From Eledone cirrhosa (Eukaryota), in NCBI GenBank assembly GCA_964016885.1, contig CAXHJY010000503.1, positions 29,290-93,289 on the forward strand: a stretch of DNA of 64,000 bases, in the 5' to 3' direction. The notes under the pieces are model-generated. The model searched no databases. It saw only the letters and a list, made by a program, of their open reading frames with translations, and was not told the origin of the DNA. The position numbers were made by a program, and so were the translations under genes. Of this stretch, positions 12,733-25,927 are shown in pieces. Each line of letters starts with the position of its first letter. The stretch's first letter is position 1.

Positions 12733-14073
12733 ATATACATATATATCTATTTTCTTTTCTTTTTTTCTATATGTTATCACTTACTGGTCTATCCAGCTAT
12801 CCGGCGAGTCAAACTTGAAGATTCATCTGCCGCCTTCTTTTGTCAAAGAAGTGTGAGTAGCCTTCCTCTGTCTGGTGACAATGCCAAACAAAGTTGCATG
12901 ATGAACATGGTTAGAAGGTTTGAAGACAGGTATTTCCCTCTAAGGTCAAGAAGTCATCAACTTCTTCGAGTGAAGGCTGAACCGGATGTGATGTCCGATA
13001 GTAAAATTCATGAAAGTTGAGTGAGAACAGAGATTCACGTGGCTAAATGAATCTACTTTAACTATGCACTGTAGAATGGCGGTAAGTAACGGGAACCAAG
13101 CAGAGTAATCCGAAGTTGTATGTGGCTGCCTTATCTTTTATTTTGTTACATTGTAGATTTATATTTTTTATTGTTTTCGATTTCTTAACAAATTTAATAC
13201 CAACCCTTCGGAAAGTACATTAGTTTTATTATACAAAACTGTCCATTTAAAATGTTCGTACATAATATTAAAATCTTCCATCAGATTGTATCCAATAATC
13301 TTTTGTTAAGACATCAGCTTACTAATGGAAGTTAATTATTTTATTATTTCTAAAATAAATTGAAACAGACAGTGTATTTCATTAGAAATACGTTAGCACA
13401 AGCGTTAATATATCTTTACTGTTTTACTGAATGTAAATATACACTGTTTCTAATTCTTACACGAACATTTTATTTTATTATCTGTAATACATAAACATAT
13501 TATGTCAACTATATTTTACAAAATGAAGTTATACTCTGGTACTTGTTTTCCTTTGTATTTCGCATCTTGTACTGTCTTCGACCCTTATGGCCAATAAAAC
13601 AAATCGTTATTATTATAATTATAATCATATAACTAGCACAGTTAACCTTTCAACCAGGACTTATGTCTATCGGTCGTAGTTAACACCGTTAGTTCGCGTC
13701 ATTCTACTGGCCACACCCACCTACTACTCAGGCACACTGCTTAGCACCTATCACGGCTAACCTGTTCGTACCCGTTCTGTTGTATTCTATTCTTCCCTCT
13801 ACCCAGTGTGCGATGAGGAGAGGGCGGGCAGAGAGAGAGAGAGACAACCCGTCAATTGGCTGTTAAGAGTCTACAAGTACCAGCGGGTTGCATTAGTGGT
13901 TGCACCTATGTTTCCTTATATTAATGTGTATGTATGTATATATGTATGTATGTACGTATGCATGTATGTATTCATGAATATATATATTATGATGTCTACC
14001 TGTTATTATTCATTCTTTATATATATATATATATATTTGTGTGTGTGTGAGAGTGTGTATGTGTGTATGTATG

Positions 14074-14135
<62 letters not shown>

Positions 14136-14137
14136 CA

Positions 14138-14183
<46 letters not shown>

Positions 14184-14307
14184 AAGTTAACGAGGTATCG
14201 TGGGTTGGGTATCAATTGTAATTAAAATCGAGTGACGTAGCATTTTACGAACACCGGTTTTTAGACACACCAGACTAATGAAACGTTTGATAATACTTTG
14301 TTATTCT

Positions 14308-14370
<63 letters not shown>

Positions 14371-14457
14371 ATACTCTACTATCTCAACTATCGTGTATTC
14401 TGTTGAATAAAAGTCTTAGTTTAAAACTGGTTCAATCCTTTTATATATATATATATA

Positions 14458-14647
14458 TAGGAAAATGTATGACCCCGACGGCAGAGCTCAAGCCGTTTCG
14501 ACGGCCACTTCTGTCCAGAAATAGCCGTCGAAACGGCTTGAGCTCTGCCGTCGGGGTCATACATTTTCCTATTACCCACTCTACTACCCTAAGTATTGAG
14601 TACTCTGGTGCGTTATGGTCCATCTGGTTCCTTACCACAACTCCTTC

Positions 14648-14651
<4 letters not shown>
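14458..14651 (+). mobile_element. Family B fold-back copy
   Basis: Near-identical to 1661-1864 with a different inversion centre; (TA)n flanks. Confidence 0.7.
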
Positions 14652-14709
<58 letters not shown>

Positions 14710-14866
14710 GTGAGCGTACCAAACACAGAAAATGATTGCAATAACAGTCTATCACTATAAGTAATAGTTGAGCAACTTGTACAAAATAACTTTTGGGACG
14801 GGAAAACGTGAACAGAAGCGCCCACAGAATATCAATTAGTTATTCGATTAATCCCGATGCTTCGTA

Positions 14867-14956
<90 letters not shown>

Positions 14957-15189
14957 GAGGGGAGACGGGCTGGAATGTTCATAGGCTGACTATGAAGGAT
15001 TGATGCAAGAGCTGTCAAATCTTATATGTATTAATTTCAACTCTTATTAATAACTGCATTGTTTCTTTCCAGAGACAATGTTGAAAAATACACCGTCTTT
15101 GGTTATTCCATGAGGGTAACCTAGTCAGCCAAATACAGTGAAAGCGTGATTTTTAGAATACAGCAGCAACCAACAATTCTGTAAATAGA

Positions 15190-15478
15190 ATTAAAGGTTT
15201 TCTCTGTATTTCGCCTACAGAAAATATTCTAACAAGGCATATGAATCCACAAAACGGAAACAGCGGACATCTGCACGTATAGGAATGGAACCCACACCTC
15301 TTATTGTCCGGAAAAGGTTGGTGTAATCGGACTAGTACACTGATCCGGACATTAAGTGGTGTGGGTTCGATACCCATACGTGCTGATGCCGATTATTTTC
15401 CGTTACGGGGTGGGGGGGGGGGGGTCATATGTCCTGTTAGACTATTTTTCGTAGTCAAAATACGGTGAAAGTTTCTAT
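15190..15478. mobile_element. Diverged fold-back of a tRNA-like SINE head
   Basis: A-box-like TGGTGTAATCGG (~15319) and B-box GGTTCGATACC (~15365). The arm at ~15343-15478 has a diverged inverted copy at ~15190-15310. Confidence 0.5.
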
Positions 15479-15815
15479 ATATACGTTGAAGATAATTCTT
15501 TTCCTTTTTCCTGTATGTTGTAGCCTAATAGTGTTTTCTAATCTAGACCCGACGGGGGCGGGGGATTTGTGACGAGGAGAGAGATTTTTCCGATCCCTGT
15601 GTTGGTACTTTATTATATCGACCCTGGAAGGATGAAAGGCAAAGTTGACCTCGGCAGGATTAGAACTTAGAATGTGAAGAGCAGGAACAAATGCTGCAAA
15701 GCATTATATTCGACACTACAACGATTCTGTCAATTCAAAGCCCTAAGCCTTAACATAGTAATACATTTTGTATTTGTTCTCCTCGTTTGTCTTTTGTTAT
15801 TAATCTTGCAAGTGT

Positions 15816-15930
<115 letters not shown>

Positions 15931-16070
15931 TCTGTGCTTCTGAGACCGAGGAGACCACTAATCATGTGAATACTCAATACATGGGGAGATGTAGAGTGGG
16001 TATAGAGATATGTAAAATCCCGATCTCGACGCCAAGCGGTTTCGACACTTGTGTGTTCAGTAGAATTTTA

Positions 16071-16168
<98 letters not shown>

Positions 16169-16200
16169 TTTAATGTATAATAAACAATACAGTATAATTA

Positions 16201-16268
16201 CCTCATTACCAGAGGTTTCCCGAATAAGACGAATACAAGAAACGTCCGCATTCGTTCGTCAGACAAGG
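16201..16268 (-). ncRNA. Type I hammerhead ribozyme, inverted identical copy
   Basis: Exact reverse complement of 16303-16370. Confidence 0.85.
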
Positions 16269-16302
16269 AGATTTTTCAAATATTTCACTATGTTTTAAAT
16301 TC

Positions 16303-16370
16303 CCTTGTCTGACGAACGAATGCGGACGTTTCTTGTATTCGTCTTATTCGGGAAACCTCTGGTAATGAGG
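16303..16370 (+). ncRNA. Type I hammerhead ribozyme (complete fold)
   Basis: Stem I CCTTGT/ATGAGG; core CTGACGA; stem II CGAAT..GACG/CGTC..ATTCG; GAAA; stem III ACC-TCT-GGT; cleavage triplet GUA (cut after 16364). Confidence 0.85.
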
Positions 16371-16471
16371 TAATTATACTGTATTGTTTATTATACATTA
16401 AATATTTAGCTCTGTAACTTACATAGAGCACTCTTCATTACACTAACTTTTTCAATTTTCAACGGAAACTT

Positions 16472-16515
<44 letters not shown>

Positions 16516-16520
<5 letters not shown>

Positions 16521-16668
16521 TGTTACTCTGGTGTTTCGTATGTTTATCACAAGATCATCAGACAAGAACAAGAGTTCTTGTCTGATGATTCTTAATAAAA
16601 TGAATATTAAAACTCTATTTCGGTATTGAGTACTCTTTTCTCTCACCCATCAACCGCTTGCGGATATA
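16516..16668. mobile_element. Fold-back hammerhead element family E between (TA)n tracts
   Basis: The shared tail TTCGGTATTGAGTACTCTTTTCTCT..CAACCGC..GGATATA and the inverted hammerhead part recur at ~9931, ~34422 and ~37531. Confidence 0.7.
16518..16567 (-). ncRNA. Type I hammerhead ribozyme (family E)
   Basis: Minus strand reads TCTTGT CTGATGA TCTTGT-GATAA-ACATAC GAAA CAC-CA-GAG TA ACAAGA, with a perfect 6-bp stem I. Sibling copies restore stem II (C[C/T]TGT/ACAGG) and stem III (CTC/GAG). Confidence 0.75.
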
Positions 16669-16972
16669 TATATATATATATATACATGTGTGTGTGTGTA
16701 TGTGTGTCTGTGCCTATGTCTGTTATGTTTACTGATTGTATGTCCACCAGTTAGCGGTTCGTCAATAAGAGATCGATAAAATAAGCACTAGGTTCGAAAA
16801 CATACGTGTTGATCACCATAGATGGAGGAAATCCATTGACAGGGGTGCCCTGACATAACTGCAGTCCAATGACTGAAACAAATGAAATAATTCAAGCGTG
16901 ATACTAATAAAACTTTATGTCGTTGTATCTCTGTTTCAACTGACATTTCTTGGACTATAATATATATATAAG

Positions 16973-17297
16973 AAAGAGGGTGTGGTAAGATACCAGGTGG
17001 ACCATAACGCATCAGAGTACTCGATAGAAAGGGGAGTAGAGTGGGTAATAGGAAAGGAGTCAGTTCGGATCTAGCTGTCGAAACGGTCGGAGCTCAGCCG
17101 TCGGATCCTGACTCCTTTTCATATATATATAGGAACAAGTAGGACCCCGACGGCTGAGCTCAAGCCGTTTCGACGGCTAATTCTGGACTCGTCCAGAATT
17201 AGCCGTCGAAACGGTTTGAGCTCAAATGTTTTAAATCTACTACTTGAGTACTTTGTTGCGTTATGGTCCATCTGGTTCCTTACCACATTTCCTTCGT

Positions 17298-17320
<23 letters not shown>
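16973..17320. mobile_element. Two adjacent family B fold-back copies
   Basis: 16973-17120 (tail on -) and 17130-17320 (tail on +), separated by a short (TA)n. Confidence 0.65.
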
Positions 17321-17339
<19 letters not shown>

Positions 17340-17421
17340 TCAGGCTGGATTCAGTTTGAACTGTTTAGACCATTACTCAACAGCGATTCTTTGCTTAAAC
17401 TTTAATCTGTTATTTTAATAA

Positions 17422-17491
<70 letters not shown>

Positions 17492-17493
<2 letters not shown>

Positions 17494-17659
17494 ATTCTAC
17501 TTTTAAAAAGCAGAAGAACTGCGAAACCGGTAAAGGAACCAAATAAATATATTTAAAAAAAAAAAGTTTCCAATTGCATTTTCGATTTAATCTTTTTTCC
17601 TTATACTTTCACTCGTGTAGGACACCTCGTTTTTTTTTCATTTTGTAAAAAAACCTCAC

Positions 17660-17668
<9 letters not shown>
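17492..17668 (+). mobile_element. Family C copy (hammerhead with G5>A, plus tail)
   Basis: CTT TTAAAAA GCAGAAGAACTGC GAAACCGGTA AAGG, followed by AATAAA and a tail ending in (TA)n. Confidence 0.65.
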
Positions 17669-17745
<77 letters not shown>

Positions 17746-17861
17746 AAGAGGGTGTAGTAAGATACCAGGTGGACTATAACGTACCAGAGTACTCAATACT
17801 TAAGGTAGTAGACGCACACACACACACATACAGAGAAATACACACGCACATATATATATAT

Positions 17862-17906
<45 letters not shown>

Positions 17907-18617
17907 TTCTCTGTATGCATGCATGTGAGTGAGTGTCTGTGTGTGTTTATTATTTTTTTTTTCTGTGTTTTTGTTTGACAACTACATACATCTCTTGACT
18001 ATTAAATGAAGTCAGCTGTAACGCCCACCACAAGACCACACCCATATTTTCCCCCACCCACAACTAAGGTTCGACTTTTACAACCTGAAAGCCTCACCTG
18101 TTTCTCTTAGTCTTCAGTTTTGTTTTTAAAAAAAGAAAAATTTCTCTTCTTTCTTCTCTTTCTTTTGTTCCTTTTTTGCTTTTCTTTTCCTTTTTTTTTT
18201 GTTTTTCTTTTTCTGAAGGTGAAGTTGTCGCTGTTTTCATCGCTATCATCATCACCTTCATCACCATTATTTATCATCATTATCAACACCACTACCAACC
18301 ACCACCATCATCATCATTACCACCACCACCACCACCACCACCATCATCATCATTATCATCATCAACAACACCACCACCACCACCATTACCATGATGATGA
18401 TCATCAAATTCATCATCATCATCGTCGTCGTCGTCTTCGTCAACAACATCATCATCAGCATGATCATCATTGTCGTCTTCGTCATCATCATCACCATCAC
18501 CATCATTATCATCGTCGTTGTCGTTGTCATCATCGTCGTCATCAGCATCACCATAATTGTTACTATTAAAGTTATTATCGTCATGTATCGATATAATCAG
18601 CCGTTTCCCTTTCCTCT

Positions 18618-19010
18618 AAATCCCACCCAAGTTAACTTTGCCTTTCATCCTTACGGGGTCGATAAAATAAAGTACCAGTAATGTACTGGTATTTGCTGGC
18701 CTTGTGCCAAAAAGTAGAAACAATTAAAACCATTACTATATGTTTTCTTGTTGATGTCGTTGCTTCTATTCTTTTTCTTGCTATATAATTGACCTTCCCC
18801 TACCCAAAATTACTGACCTTGCGTCTAATGCAGAATCGGTAGAGGGTCGGACACCATGCTTTGCAGCATAGAGTTACGGCCCTTTACGGTCTGAGTTCAA
18901 ATCCCACTGAGGTTAACTTTGTCTTTCATCCTTACAGGGTCGATAAAATAAAGTACCAGTAATGTACTGGGATAATTGCTGGCCTTGTGCCAAAAGTAGA
19001 AACAATTATT
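18618..19010 (+). mobile_element. Two major-family SINE copies
   Basis: A 5'-truncated copy at ~18618-18725 and a copy at ~18830-19010. Confidence 0.75.
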
Positions 19011-19627
19011 TGTTTACATAAATTTGTTGATGGGTGGACTTGATCAAGGCTAACTTGTGGGTTAAACAACCATAATTCTTGCAGAAGAATATCTTAACTT
19101 TTAAAGATATACTAATGGAACTTGCTTGCTATTGTTGCCTCGGATCAACCCTGATAGAAGAGACATATAATCAAAGGCGTTCCAGTGACCATCCAGCCAT
19201 TTTGTATTTCTATGACAACAGTGTCCAATATCTTTCCTTTCTTTTTAAACGGTTGTAGGTCAAGCGATGACCTAAAGCGGTATTTGGGAACCTATATAAT
19301 TAATATTTGTTTGTTTTTGTTTTTACTTTTCATAAGGCGGTCGGTTGATTAGCAGAATAGTTTGAAGGATATTTGTTCCGGCTTTTTGCGCTCTGAGTTT
19401 AATTTGTACGAAGGTCAGTCAACAGAATTAGCAACGCTGCGCTATGAATGGGTCGTGGAGAAACGTTTCTAAGGGTGAATATCTTGGCTAGAATCCATTT
19501 TCATAGGAAGCGTACTATAAAACCCATCCTTATGATATTTCTATGATTTTGAAATTGTTTTGAAAATAATCAAGAATTTGGTTGGTTATAATAAGCTATG
19601 TACCCTTCTGTGTTTAAGCTGGTATAA

Positions 19628-20185
19628 GGTGGTGGATTAACAGATCGTTAGAGTCGTTAGAACGTCAGATAGAATGCTTTATGGTATTCGTTCCGGCTCT
19701 CTGCTCTCTGAGTTCAAATCCCGCCGAGGTTAACTTTGCCTTTCATCCTTTCGAGGTCGATAAAAAAGTACCAGTCGAGTACTGGGGTCGATTCTTCCTC
19801 TATATCTCTTTCTCATTTTCTCTCTCACTTCCTATCTTTCTGTATTCAGGCCTGGACAGGGATGGGCTCCGCAAGGCTTAAAATGCCCAAGAAACACCGT
19901 ATATCAATACGGTTCCCCCACGACTCTATCAGGAGTTACGGAACGATACATACATAAGGTGGTGGGTTGACAGATTCGTTAGAGCGTTTGACAAAATGTT
20001 TTGTGGCATTTAGTTACGGCTCTTTGTGTTCTGAGTTCAAATCTCTCTAACTCTAAGATCAACTTTGACTTTCTTCCTTCTGAGGTCTATAAAATAAAGT
20101 ATCAGTAAAGTACTGGAGTCGATATAATCGTCTTTCCTACCCACCACAAATTTCTGGCCTTGTGCCTAAATTAGAAATCATTATT
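19628..20185 (+). mobile_element. Two older SINE copies in tandem
   Basis: Heads AAGGTGGTGG..CAGAT(T)CGTTAGAG at ~19628 and ~19957, with the family core. Confidence 0.7.
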
Positions 20186-20467
20186 AAGTTGATGTTTGGA
20201 ACATAGCTTAACAAATGTTCTTATATAAAATTGTGGTAGGAAGATTTTTGAGAAATATAAACAGTTTAATATTATAAAACCAGATGCTATTTCATGTAGT
20301 TTGGTATCGAAAGGGATAATGTGAAATGAGACTGCCCGTCACACCAATCACTATGTAAGGGTCACAAGCAAATACAGTTGATAAGTTGGTATCAACTTAT
20401 CAGTGTAGTTTGGTCACAAGTTGAACAGGCTGGTAATTAGAAAATACAAGACCTAATGTTTGGTCAC

Positions 20468-20807
20468 TAAAGGTTCTCAAAGTTTTTGGGACGCCGCCCC
20501 GCTCATAGCTACGTAATACCCTCAGCGCCCACAGCCCCTGTTTCCAGAGAAACCTACCTACAAGCAAATTGTAAATGATATATAATAAATAAAATCGTTA
20601 ATGTATATATAATAAATAATATAATATATACTATGTATAAATATTATATATTTTTTATTTTACTATATCTATATATATTATGTATCATTTGATATTTAAT
20701 ATACTTTTATATCATCTCTAGGGCACACCCACCACCTCCTTATCCCAGCGACCGCTGGACCTTCGCAATGCCCCCCGGGGTGGTAGTCCCCATTTTGAGA
20801 CCCTCTG
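20468..20807. mobile_element. Possible hAT-type MITE
   Basis: AAGGTTCTCAAA ... TTTGAGACCCTCTG imperfect TIRs with GC-rich subtermini; no clear 8-bp TSD. Confidence 0.45.
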
Positions 20808-21207
20808 ATTTATAGGTCTGGCCGATCAGGGATGATCTGGAGCTCATCAACAACAACACAACAATAACAACAACAACAGCTACTACAGCGATTAAGAGCC
20901 AAGAAGAGAACCTCAAGCAAGTCTCTTTACCTGCTAGAAAGAGCAGTCAGACCTTTTTTGAAATCACACCACATCATATAAGAGAAAGAGTGACACATGT
21001 AGTCGTGTATGTAAGTATGGACTTGTAACTTTTGATGGAGCCGGAGGGGTATCGTTGAGACATACTTTAAACTTGGTAGAGCCCATACCATCTTCAGGTC
21101 TGAACATGAACAAAGCTGAGAGTTCTAGAGAAAGGGAGATTCATTGACTGAGCTAGACACTGGCCAGTGAACGCTGCATTTATACCAGCGATCTTCGTTA
21201 CTTTTGT

Positions 21208-21258
<51 letters not shown>

Positions 21259-21322
21259 AAGGTATATATATAATAAAGGTATATATATATATATATATAT
21301 AATAAAGGTATATATATATAAT

Positions 21323-21395
<73 letters not shown>

Positions 21396-21718
21396 TATAT
21401 ATATATAATAAGGGTTGACGGACCCAGCATATTTATCAATGCCAGTACCAGTTGTATCTCAGCGCACTCCATGGGCAATGTAAGATACATTCCCAGAGTA
21501 TACACAAAGTTATTTGCTTCAACACAAGACACGTAAATGGGTGCCTATAAGGTTCCCGGACTCTAGTTTCTGCCGCACTAATACAGCAGTAAGGTGTACT
21601 GCACCATCTGTTTGCATATATTATGCAACAATGCACTATATATATATACATGAGAAAGAGAAAGAGGGCATAACTTTATTCACCTAAACATTTACTCTTG
21701 TACCCTTGTTATATATAT

Positions 21719-21898
21719 GTTAGTCCCGGGTCCAATCGGGTGTAACCACAGTAAGGTAATCAATACATAGTAGAGTATATACAAGATTTAATATAGAAAT
21801 GGCTTCTACAGGATTAGAACTATTTCATTCGATGGAAATCACCATCATGATTTCTTTCGAATGAAACAGTTCTAGTCCTATTTCTATATTAAATCTTA
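21719..21898 (-). mobile_element. Diverged family A fold-back
   Basis: Diverged tail and inverted arms at ~21783-21897. The stem II TTC/GAA pair is kept with different loops (CATC, TTTC). Confidence 0.65.
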
Positions 21899-21912
21899 TA
21901 TATATATAAGAC

Positions 21913-22018
21913 AAACCACAAACCCTCCATCTCAATTTTACTTTTGAAAAGAATAAGAACTGTGAAACCGGTAAAGGCAGTAACTAACTATTCTTAAAAA
22001 GACTCCAGTTGCATTTCC
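21913..22018 (+). mobile_element. Degenerate family C copy
   Basis: AAACCACAAACCCTCCATCTCAA..CTTTTGAAAA..CTGTGAAACCGGTAAAGG and GACTCCAGTTGCATTT. Confidence 0.55.
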
Positions 22019-22066
22019 TCTTTTTTTCCTCTTTTTTTCCTCTTTTTTTCCTCTTTTTTTCCTCCT

Positions 22067-22134
<68 letters not shown>

Positions 22135-22143
22135 TGTATGTGC

Positions 22144-22183
<40 letters not shown>

Positions 22184-23745
22184 GCGATAGCGGCACTCCG
22201 TCGGTTACGACGATGAGTGTTCCAATTGATACGATCAACAGAACAGCATGCTCGTGAAATTAACGTGAAAATGGCTGAAGATTCCACAAACACAGGTACC
22301 CATAACGTATTCTGGGGGAGATTCAGAGAAGGTGACAAGGTACATCTCATTTTAGCCTGCTGAATTTACAGAAAAATGAGAAAACTCATCGCTAGAGCAG
22401 CCGTTAAAGCAGCCAAATGCTGTCAATGACACCAATAGGCAAAAATACCTCAGAGGACAGAGACCAGCGGCCAGTGATCAACAGAGAGAGAGACAATCCA
22501 TGCGGTGGGTGACAGGCAGATGAAATATAGAAATGACTGAAAGAGTAGGCGGACAAGAAGAAGTGTGTTGGCGCATAGAAGTGACTGGAAGAAATAAATA
22601 AAGAAAGGCTATATATATACATATATATTATAGTTGAAACAGAAAACAAAAAAACAAAACAACAACGAGGAAGCGAAGAGTCAGTACAAAATGTTAATAT
22701 ATATATCAAGTGAAAACAATGGGACGGAACAAAGGAACAAATACACACAACCGACGATACAAACACATAAATTCGATCTTTAGCCATCTATTCTGGGTTG
22801 ACTTTCGGCAGTAAGGTTCGTAGCCAACATATAATCTAGAAATTTGCTGCAATGACCAGTCAAACTAAACTAGTGACTGCCAGAAAAATAAGAGACAAGA
22901 CGAGATGGCAGCGACCAAGCAAAATAGGTAGGTACCTGCATGAAAACTAAGAAACAATATGAACGACGCGACCAAATATACATGTACGAAAATGGCGTAT
23001 AATCGTTAGATTACACACGATAACACGGTAGAAAAGTCGAAGTCATACCTTGGTAATAAAACACAGACACTAACATACACACATACGCAACTACAGTAAG
23101 TGTTACTTGATTAATACATCGAAACAGAATTGATCGTTAAACCAGATAACACAGAAACAAAACACAGGAAAGAACGCTGTAGGAATGAAACCGGCCTTTA
23201 TAACCTCGATGAAGAGATGCGTGCTACTCCTAGGGCAGACACGTGTGGAAATATTGGGCCTATCCATGCAAGTAATTGTCGGCCGCTGAACGTTTTTACG
23301 GAGTTTGCGTTTTCTTTTAATTTTCTTTTCGTTCCTCTACACATGAAATGTGCGTATATGAAAATATATATTCCTTTACCCTTTCTTAAATCAGTGCTCT
23401 CTTTAACACTATATAACTATAGTGGTGGAGCCTGAAGAAAATTATTAATCGTTTTTTTTTTTGTTTTAGTCAAATGCTTTTAAATATTTTCATACATTTA
23501 ATTATTTATTGTTATTGATATTATCGGTTGCTTTGTAACATAGAGTTATGGCCCTTTACGTTCTGAGTTCAAATTCCACCGTGACGAGCTTTACGGGGTT
23601 CGAAAAATAAAGTACCAGTAACACACAGGGGTCGGTTTAATTGATTCCCCTTTCCTTCAAAATGACGGCCCTGTGCCAAATGTAGAAGCAATTATTTCTA
23701 TATACATACTCCCAAACTTACCCCTCCAAATGACGGTAACACTAT

Positions 23746-24010
23746 AGTAAAATATATATTTAACAGTAAACACAGCGATTCCTTTGTAACGCCCAACATA
23801 TCTTTTTTGAAGTAAATATCGGATTTATAATATATTTGAAAAGACACGTGCTTTTTCTAAAAGAAATGAATTATTTTCTGTTCCTTCCTCTTCTCACTCT
23901 CTATTTCTATTTCCTCTTTTATTTTTCATATCTTCTGATGAAAGACTAGTGTTCGAAACGTAAACACTCTTTTTCTGCTACATCAAGCGTTAAACTAGTG
24001 TATTTCTTCG

Positions 24011-24068
<58 letters not shown>

Positions 24069-24156
24069 CTATCTATCTATCTATCTCTATATATATATAT
24101 ATATGGGTAAATCTCCGGGTAACAAGATCCGGTGGTGGAGAGAGAGATGTAAGTGG

Positions 24157-24241
<85 letters not shown>

Positions 24242-24695
24242 AATATAAATTAGCGAGAATCGTATTTTGGCTTTGGAAATTAGCGAAAAACAACTTCCGA
24301 GATGTGTGGCAAGCGCTCAATAATTCTAACGAACCAGAGCTACAACATACGTTAAAAGGCCAAACACACTGAGACGATGGTTAAACCATTATCCGCACAG
24401 CCATATATATATATTCAAAACAACGAACAGCGGAGGACACGTTTCGCACCTTTCCGACAGAACACTCCCCCCCTCCCCGGAAAAACCCCAGTTGATGGAT
24501 GTGAATCCGAAATATACAGGGACAATTAAATCTCTCCCAAGGTAACTCTATCTCGTGTTGTTATTTTTATTTTTATCCTTTACGCTCTTTCCTTCATTCC
24601 TCTACACGCTACAGTCTTATACACGCCACGCATCTCAACGTACACCCACTTACATCTCTCTCTCCACCACCGGATCTTGTTACCCGGAGATTTAC

Positions 24696-24757
<62 letters not shown>

Positions 24758-25074
24758 GTGTGTGTGTGTGTATGTGTGTGTGTGTGTGTGTGTAATGAAG
24801 AAATACACTAGTTTAACGCTTGATGTAGCAGGAAAAGAGTGTTTACGTTTCGAACACTAGTCTTTCATCAGAAGATATGGAAAATAAAAGAGGAAATAGA
24901 AATAGAGAGTGAGAAGAGGAAGGAACAGAAAATAATTCATTTCTTTTAGAAAAAGCACGTGTCTTTTCAAATATATTATAAATCCGATATTTACTTAAAA
25001 TTAAAAAAAGATATTTTGGGCGTTACAAAGGAATCGTATAAAACGGTGTGTTTACTGTTAAATATATATTTTAC
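23746..25074. repeat. ~400-bp inverted duplication carrying minimal hammerhead-like motifs
   Basis: ~23746-24161 is the reverse complement of ~24641-25074. It contains TCTT CTGATGA AAGAC-TAGT-GTTC GAAA CG TA AACA at 23931-23966 (+) and 24840-24875 (-). Confidence 0.75.
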
Positions 25075-25194
25075 ATATATATATATATAGGAACGAGTAG
25101 GACCTCACTCGTTCCTATTACCCACTCTACTACCTTAAGTATTGAGTACTTTGGTGCGTTATGGTCCACCTGGTTCCTTACCACATTTCTTCCG

Positions 25195-25232
<38 letters not shown>

Positions 25233-25429
25233 TGTATATATATGTAATATAATTCAATATGATAAAGAGAGATAAACACAGATATATACATATTTGTGTT
25301 CAAAATTATAAGAACACATATAGGTATATATATGTTTATCTATCTTTATTATATTGAATTATATTACACGGCCCGGGAAATTGTTTCCTTGAGCTATTTT
25401 AATTGAGTTTCTAACTCAATATATACTTT

Positions 25430-25468
<39 letters not shown>

Positions 25469-25927
25469 TGGATCTAGCAACTCATAATATTATATTATAA
25501 CATTAAATCATAACATTTTTTAACACTACAAGTGAAGTCATTCTTTTCCTTTTTTTCAAATATACCTAACTGTACCAAGGATCTCACACATTTTCCAATA
25601 TATGTATATATATGTATGTGTATGCATATACCTATAAATATATATATGTGTGTGTGTATAATATGTATATTTACTCTTTTACCTGCTCCAGCCATCCAGC
25701 TAAGGCCATGCTGGGGCACCGCCCTTGTTGCTACATATTTTATCTCCAGCTTGTATTGGTTGGCCACTGGTGCTAGAGGTAATTCGTTGCTGCTGCCCTT
25801 ATCTATATCTATCTAGTAACATATGAATGAAGAGGGACTGCACATATCCTTTGTATGTGTGAATTATAACATTACTTATCCATTTATTTATTCATTTATT
25901 TGTTTATTTAATTATCTATATTATCTA

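Larger units (their letters stand above)
16167..16477. mobile_element. Fold-back hammerhead element in (TA)n (family D)
   Basis: Perfect 102-bp inverted arms at 16167-16268 and 16303-16404 with a 34-nt spacer. An ATTAAA-containing 3' tail runs into (TA)n at ~16478, with (TA)n also on the left. Confidence 0.75.

Noticed and set aside
24486-24523. CAGTTGA-T-GGAT-GTGA-ATCC-GAAA motif
   Set aside because: It has two core mismatches and an offset stem I. It may be a decayed hammerhead but is not supportable alone.
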